From the NCBI RefSeq assembly GCF_001194135.2, contig NC_068985.1:86727475-86791474 (forward strand): a stretch of 64,000 bases of DNA, given 5' to 3'. The position numbers were made by a program, and so were the translations under genes. The notes below the pieces were generated by a model. It saw only the letters and a program-made list of their open reading frames with translations, made no database searches and was not told where the DNA came from. The stretch is from Octopus bimaculoides (lineage: Eukaryota). This document shows, in pieces, positions 62,206 to 64,000 of this stretch; positions within the stretch are counted from its first letter, which is position 1, and every line of letters starts with the position of its first letter.

Positions 62206-62515
62206 ATTATGTAGATTACATACACACATGCATGCTTTCATGTAGACATACATACATACATGCTTACATGTAGACATACACAGATGTATGTGCGGTATGA
62301 CTGAATGGTTATGAAGTTCGTAATTTCACTTCACTGCCACAAGGTCTGGAGTTCAATATGACTATGCAGAACCTTGAGCCAATGTCATGTCTTATAGTCT
62401 CGAGTCAACTGATGCATTGTGTTGGAAATAGGGGTGATAGAAACCTTTTAAAAGGTCGTGGAAGGGGTTGTAACTTTTCATAGATTGCATCATGTTGATT
62501 CTGCTTGAGAATTAC

Positions 62516-62641
62516 ATTGAAGGTAAATATGTCCGTGAAATCCTCAACTGATTCCATGTTAATTCTGGAACAGGTAAGCGAGTTGATAGAATACGTGAAT
62601 CCTCAAAGTCAAATGGTGGAGACCCATCACCGAAGAAGTAT
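62516..62641 (-). CDS. Candidate 126-nt internal exon, product unknown
   Basis: tctttaacattcag|...|gtaatt; phase 2-2 open frame YFFGDGSPPFDFEDSRILSTRLPVPELTWNQLRISRTYLPS; no recognised family. Confidence 0.25.
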
Positions 62642-62764
62642 CTGAATGTTAAAGAACAGGTAAATTATTGATGAAAATATGAAGAGATAAACATCTGAGA
62701 TAGAACACAATATTAATCACATTAAATATAAAGAGAACCAAATTTTGATTTAAAGATTGTCGCA

Positions 62765-63118
62765 CATGGCCAGCAAGTTTGGGGGAGAGAGTAAGTCAAT
62801 TAAATCAACTCCAGCAATCAACTGGTTCCTTATTTTATCGATTCTGAAAGGATGAAAGGTAAAGTTGGCCTTGATAGCATCTGAACTCAAAAATCGTCAA
62901 GACAGAAGGAATTCTGCGTTGCATTTGTCCCAATGTGGTAATGATTCTTTTCTTTTATAAGCGCAAGGCCTGGAATTTGAGGGATGGGTATATTCAATTA
63001 CATCGACCCCAGTACTCAACTGGTACTTAATTTACCGATCCTGAAAGAATGAAAGGTAAAGTCTACCTCAACAGAATTCGAATTCAGAACATAACAACAG
63101 GCGAAATACCGCTAAGCC
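62765..63118 (-). mobile_element. Two tandem family A SINEs
   Basis: CTGAAAGGATGAAAGGTAAAG at 62843 and GAAAGAATGAAAGGTAAAG at 63043; second copy has GCGAAATACCGCTAAGC. Confidence 0.85.
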
Positions 63119-63872
63119 TCTAGACAACCAACTATTAACCACGTGATGATTGCTTATTGGAAAGAAAACAAAATTGTATTTATGGATGAAATAAATTCCT
63201 GTTTTCAACCGACAAATAATGAACATATGTAATAGGGATGTGTCTGAAGTAAAGTAGAAGTGAGTCTTTGGCCTTGTTAGACAATTTCTTTAATATTGGT
63301 GCTGCGTCAACTGCACTCAGTACCTGGTGTATGGCGAATGGTAATAGGTAAGACATTAATATGATTGTCTTATACAGGTTCGTTCCATCTTTTTCACAAA
63401 GAACACGAAAAAGTCTAATATCTTTAACATATCTCATCGTTATCTAATATATTCCTATTGTATCGACATCAGTCAAAAACTTTATGGTACTCGTTTATTA
63501 ATTTTAAAATCAATAGAATTATTTCAAATGTTGTAGCAGAACATGTAAAGCTTATTGTTCATTCAACTAAACATCATGCCAACAATGTTTTCGAGGGCCG
63601 GAATAAGTAATGTTATTCAGTGCATAACTAAATAATCAACTGCAAAACATATTTCTGAAATTCCAGAATCTTTTTGTGTTTTGTATCCGTAATGGCATCG
63701 GAAAAACCGAAAATTAATGTCTCAAGAATTAATCTATTTAAATATTGAAATAGTTCTAAATTGCTTCACTTATTCTTTTTATGGATTAACTCTACTATGT
63801 ATACCATGAAATAAACACAAGTTTTAAAATGCACGAAGAATTTACAATAACCCAGTATGTATGTGTGTGTGA

Positions 63873-63915
<43 letters not shown>

Positions 63916-64000
63916 TGTGTACATGTGTAAGTCTGTGCATGCATGCATGCATGAATATATGTGTGCATGTATTTGCGGCAATGCCTTTGTGCATATATAT

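Noticed and set aside
63348-63377. gtaaga..tatacag as a 30-nt intron
   Set aside because: Too short for a typical animal spliceosomal intron, and there is no supported coding frame across it

Overview
Eukaryotic, AT-rich, repeat-saturated genomic DNA from a gapped assembly (N runs at 115-816, 1522-1801, 10202-10211, 14026-14247, 28314-29041, 51697-51742, 54241-55122). The extreme density of di/tri/tetranucleotide microsatellites and the SINE families suggest an octopod cephalopod, probably Octopus (inference, no search run). I find no intact protein-coding gene, tRNA, rRNA or CRISPR array; almost all ORF-track entries are gap or microsatellite artefacts or transposon fragments. Supportable content: (1) a ~3.5 kb decayed Helitron RepHel gene (34380-37845) whose Rep half the ORF track misses, recognisable across frameshifts from Rep and PIF1 helicase motifs; (2) a Penelope-like element (PLE) 3' end with a GIY-YIG endonuclease and a downstream degenerate hammerhead ribozyme (24780-25512), plus several other hammerhead-like remnants, one with an intact catalytic core in apparently non-repetitive DNA (20723-20769); (3) a full-length dead mariner, three further Tc1/mariner fragments, a maT-like fragment, a hAT MITE and two RTE LINE fragments; (4) dozens of copies of about four SINE-like families, several as close inverted pairs or with internal minisatellite expansions; (5) a good CTCF-like motif and a few weak candidate exons. 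I cannot demonstrate a new biological system. The most promising leads are the hammerhead candidates and the unclassified, strand-skewed PLE-like blocks. Repeat boundaries are approximate (about +/-20 bp).
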